Shown here: positions 23,630 through 23,701 of the stretch, piece after piece | Layout of the letters: every line of letters starts with the position of its first letter | Position numbering within the stretch: the first letter of the stretch is position 1 | NCBI GenBank assembly: GCA_030595765.1 | Contig: JAUVCJ010000008.1 | Span: forward strand, 1-23,701 | Origin: Thermoplasmatota archaeon | GTDB taxonomy: Archaea; Thermoplasmatota; Thermoplasmata; GCA-020350865; JAUVCJ01 | Direction: 5' to 3' | DNA length: 23,701 bases | Position numbers and translations under genes: made by a program | Notes under the pieces: model-generated | The model's database searches: none | The model's input: the letters and a program-made list of their open reading frames with translations, nothing else | Told to the model about the DNA's origin: nothing

Positions 23630-23701
23630 ATGAAAAAACAAATAACAGTGCGTGCTTGTGATGGTTGTGAGACGATATTAACTGGATCAGAAGATGCACT
23701 C
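23630..23701 (+). CDS. 5' end of an ORF running off the window (MKKQITVRACDGCETILTGSEDAL...); possibly begins at ATG 23555
   Basis: Open frame continues to the window edge. There is an in-frame upstream ATG at 23555 (MEKRVYEAIFF...). No domain can be assigned from 24 residues. Confidence 0.2.
   Translation, partial: MKKQITVRACDGCETILTGSEDAL

Overview
This 23.7-kb window looks like an archaeal chromosomal segment of roughly 45-50% GC, possibly from Thermoplasmatota or a methanogen-related lineage; the lineage guess is low confidence. The archaeal assignment rests on five things seen here. There is a NOG1-type GTPase gene. A PFL-activase-like radical SAM gene is of a type common in archaea. 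Several TATA-like motifs (e.g. 3377-3385, 21111-21118) sit about 25-30 bp upstream of start codons, suggesting leaderless transcripts. Oligo-T tracts (e.g. 10052-10069) look like archaeal terminators. Two very large cell-surface proteins are packed with N-glycosylation sequons and have C-terminal membrane anchors. I call about 21 protein genes. Housekeeping genes are NOG1 GTPase, a Trm9-like tRNA methyltransferase, a rhomboid protease, 3-hydroxybutyryl-CoA dehydrogenase, fRMsr (a GAF-domain free methionine-R-sulfoxide reductase), an SPFH/band-7 protein and a radical SAM enzyme. They are interleaved with accessory genes: a Bro-N/DinD-like protein, an 825-aa lectin/toroid surface protein, a 1,700-aa parallel beta-helix surface protein with a coiled-coil stalk, and an AT-rich AbiEi/AbiEii type IV toxin-antitoxin cassette that appears horizontally acquired. 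No rRNA, tRNA or CRISPR was found. The observations most worth a second look are these. First, an array of six 28-bp tandem repeats lies in a divergent promoter region. Second, a 17-bp exact direct repeat brackets the SPFH gene. Third, a double zinc-ribbon protein carries a Roadblock/LC7-like C-terminal domain. Fourth, a co-directional cluster encodes an ICMT-family membrane methyltransferase and a multi-zinc-ribbon protein, with fRMsr downstream. Fifth, a universal-stress-protein gene is apparently disrupted by a 1-nt homopolymer indel. All domain calls come from reading the translated motifs by eye; no database search was run.
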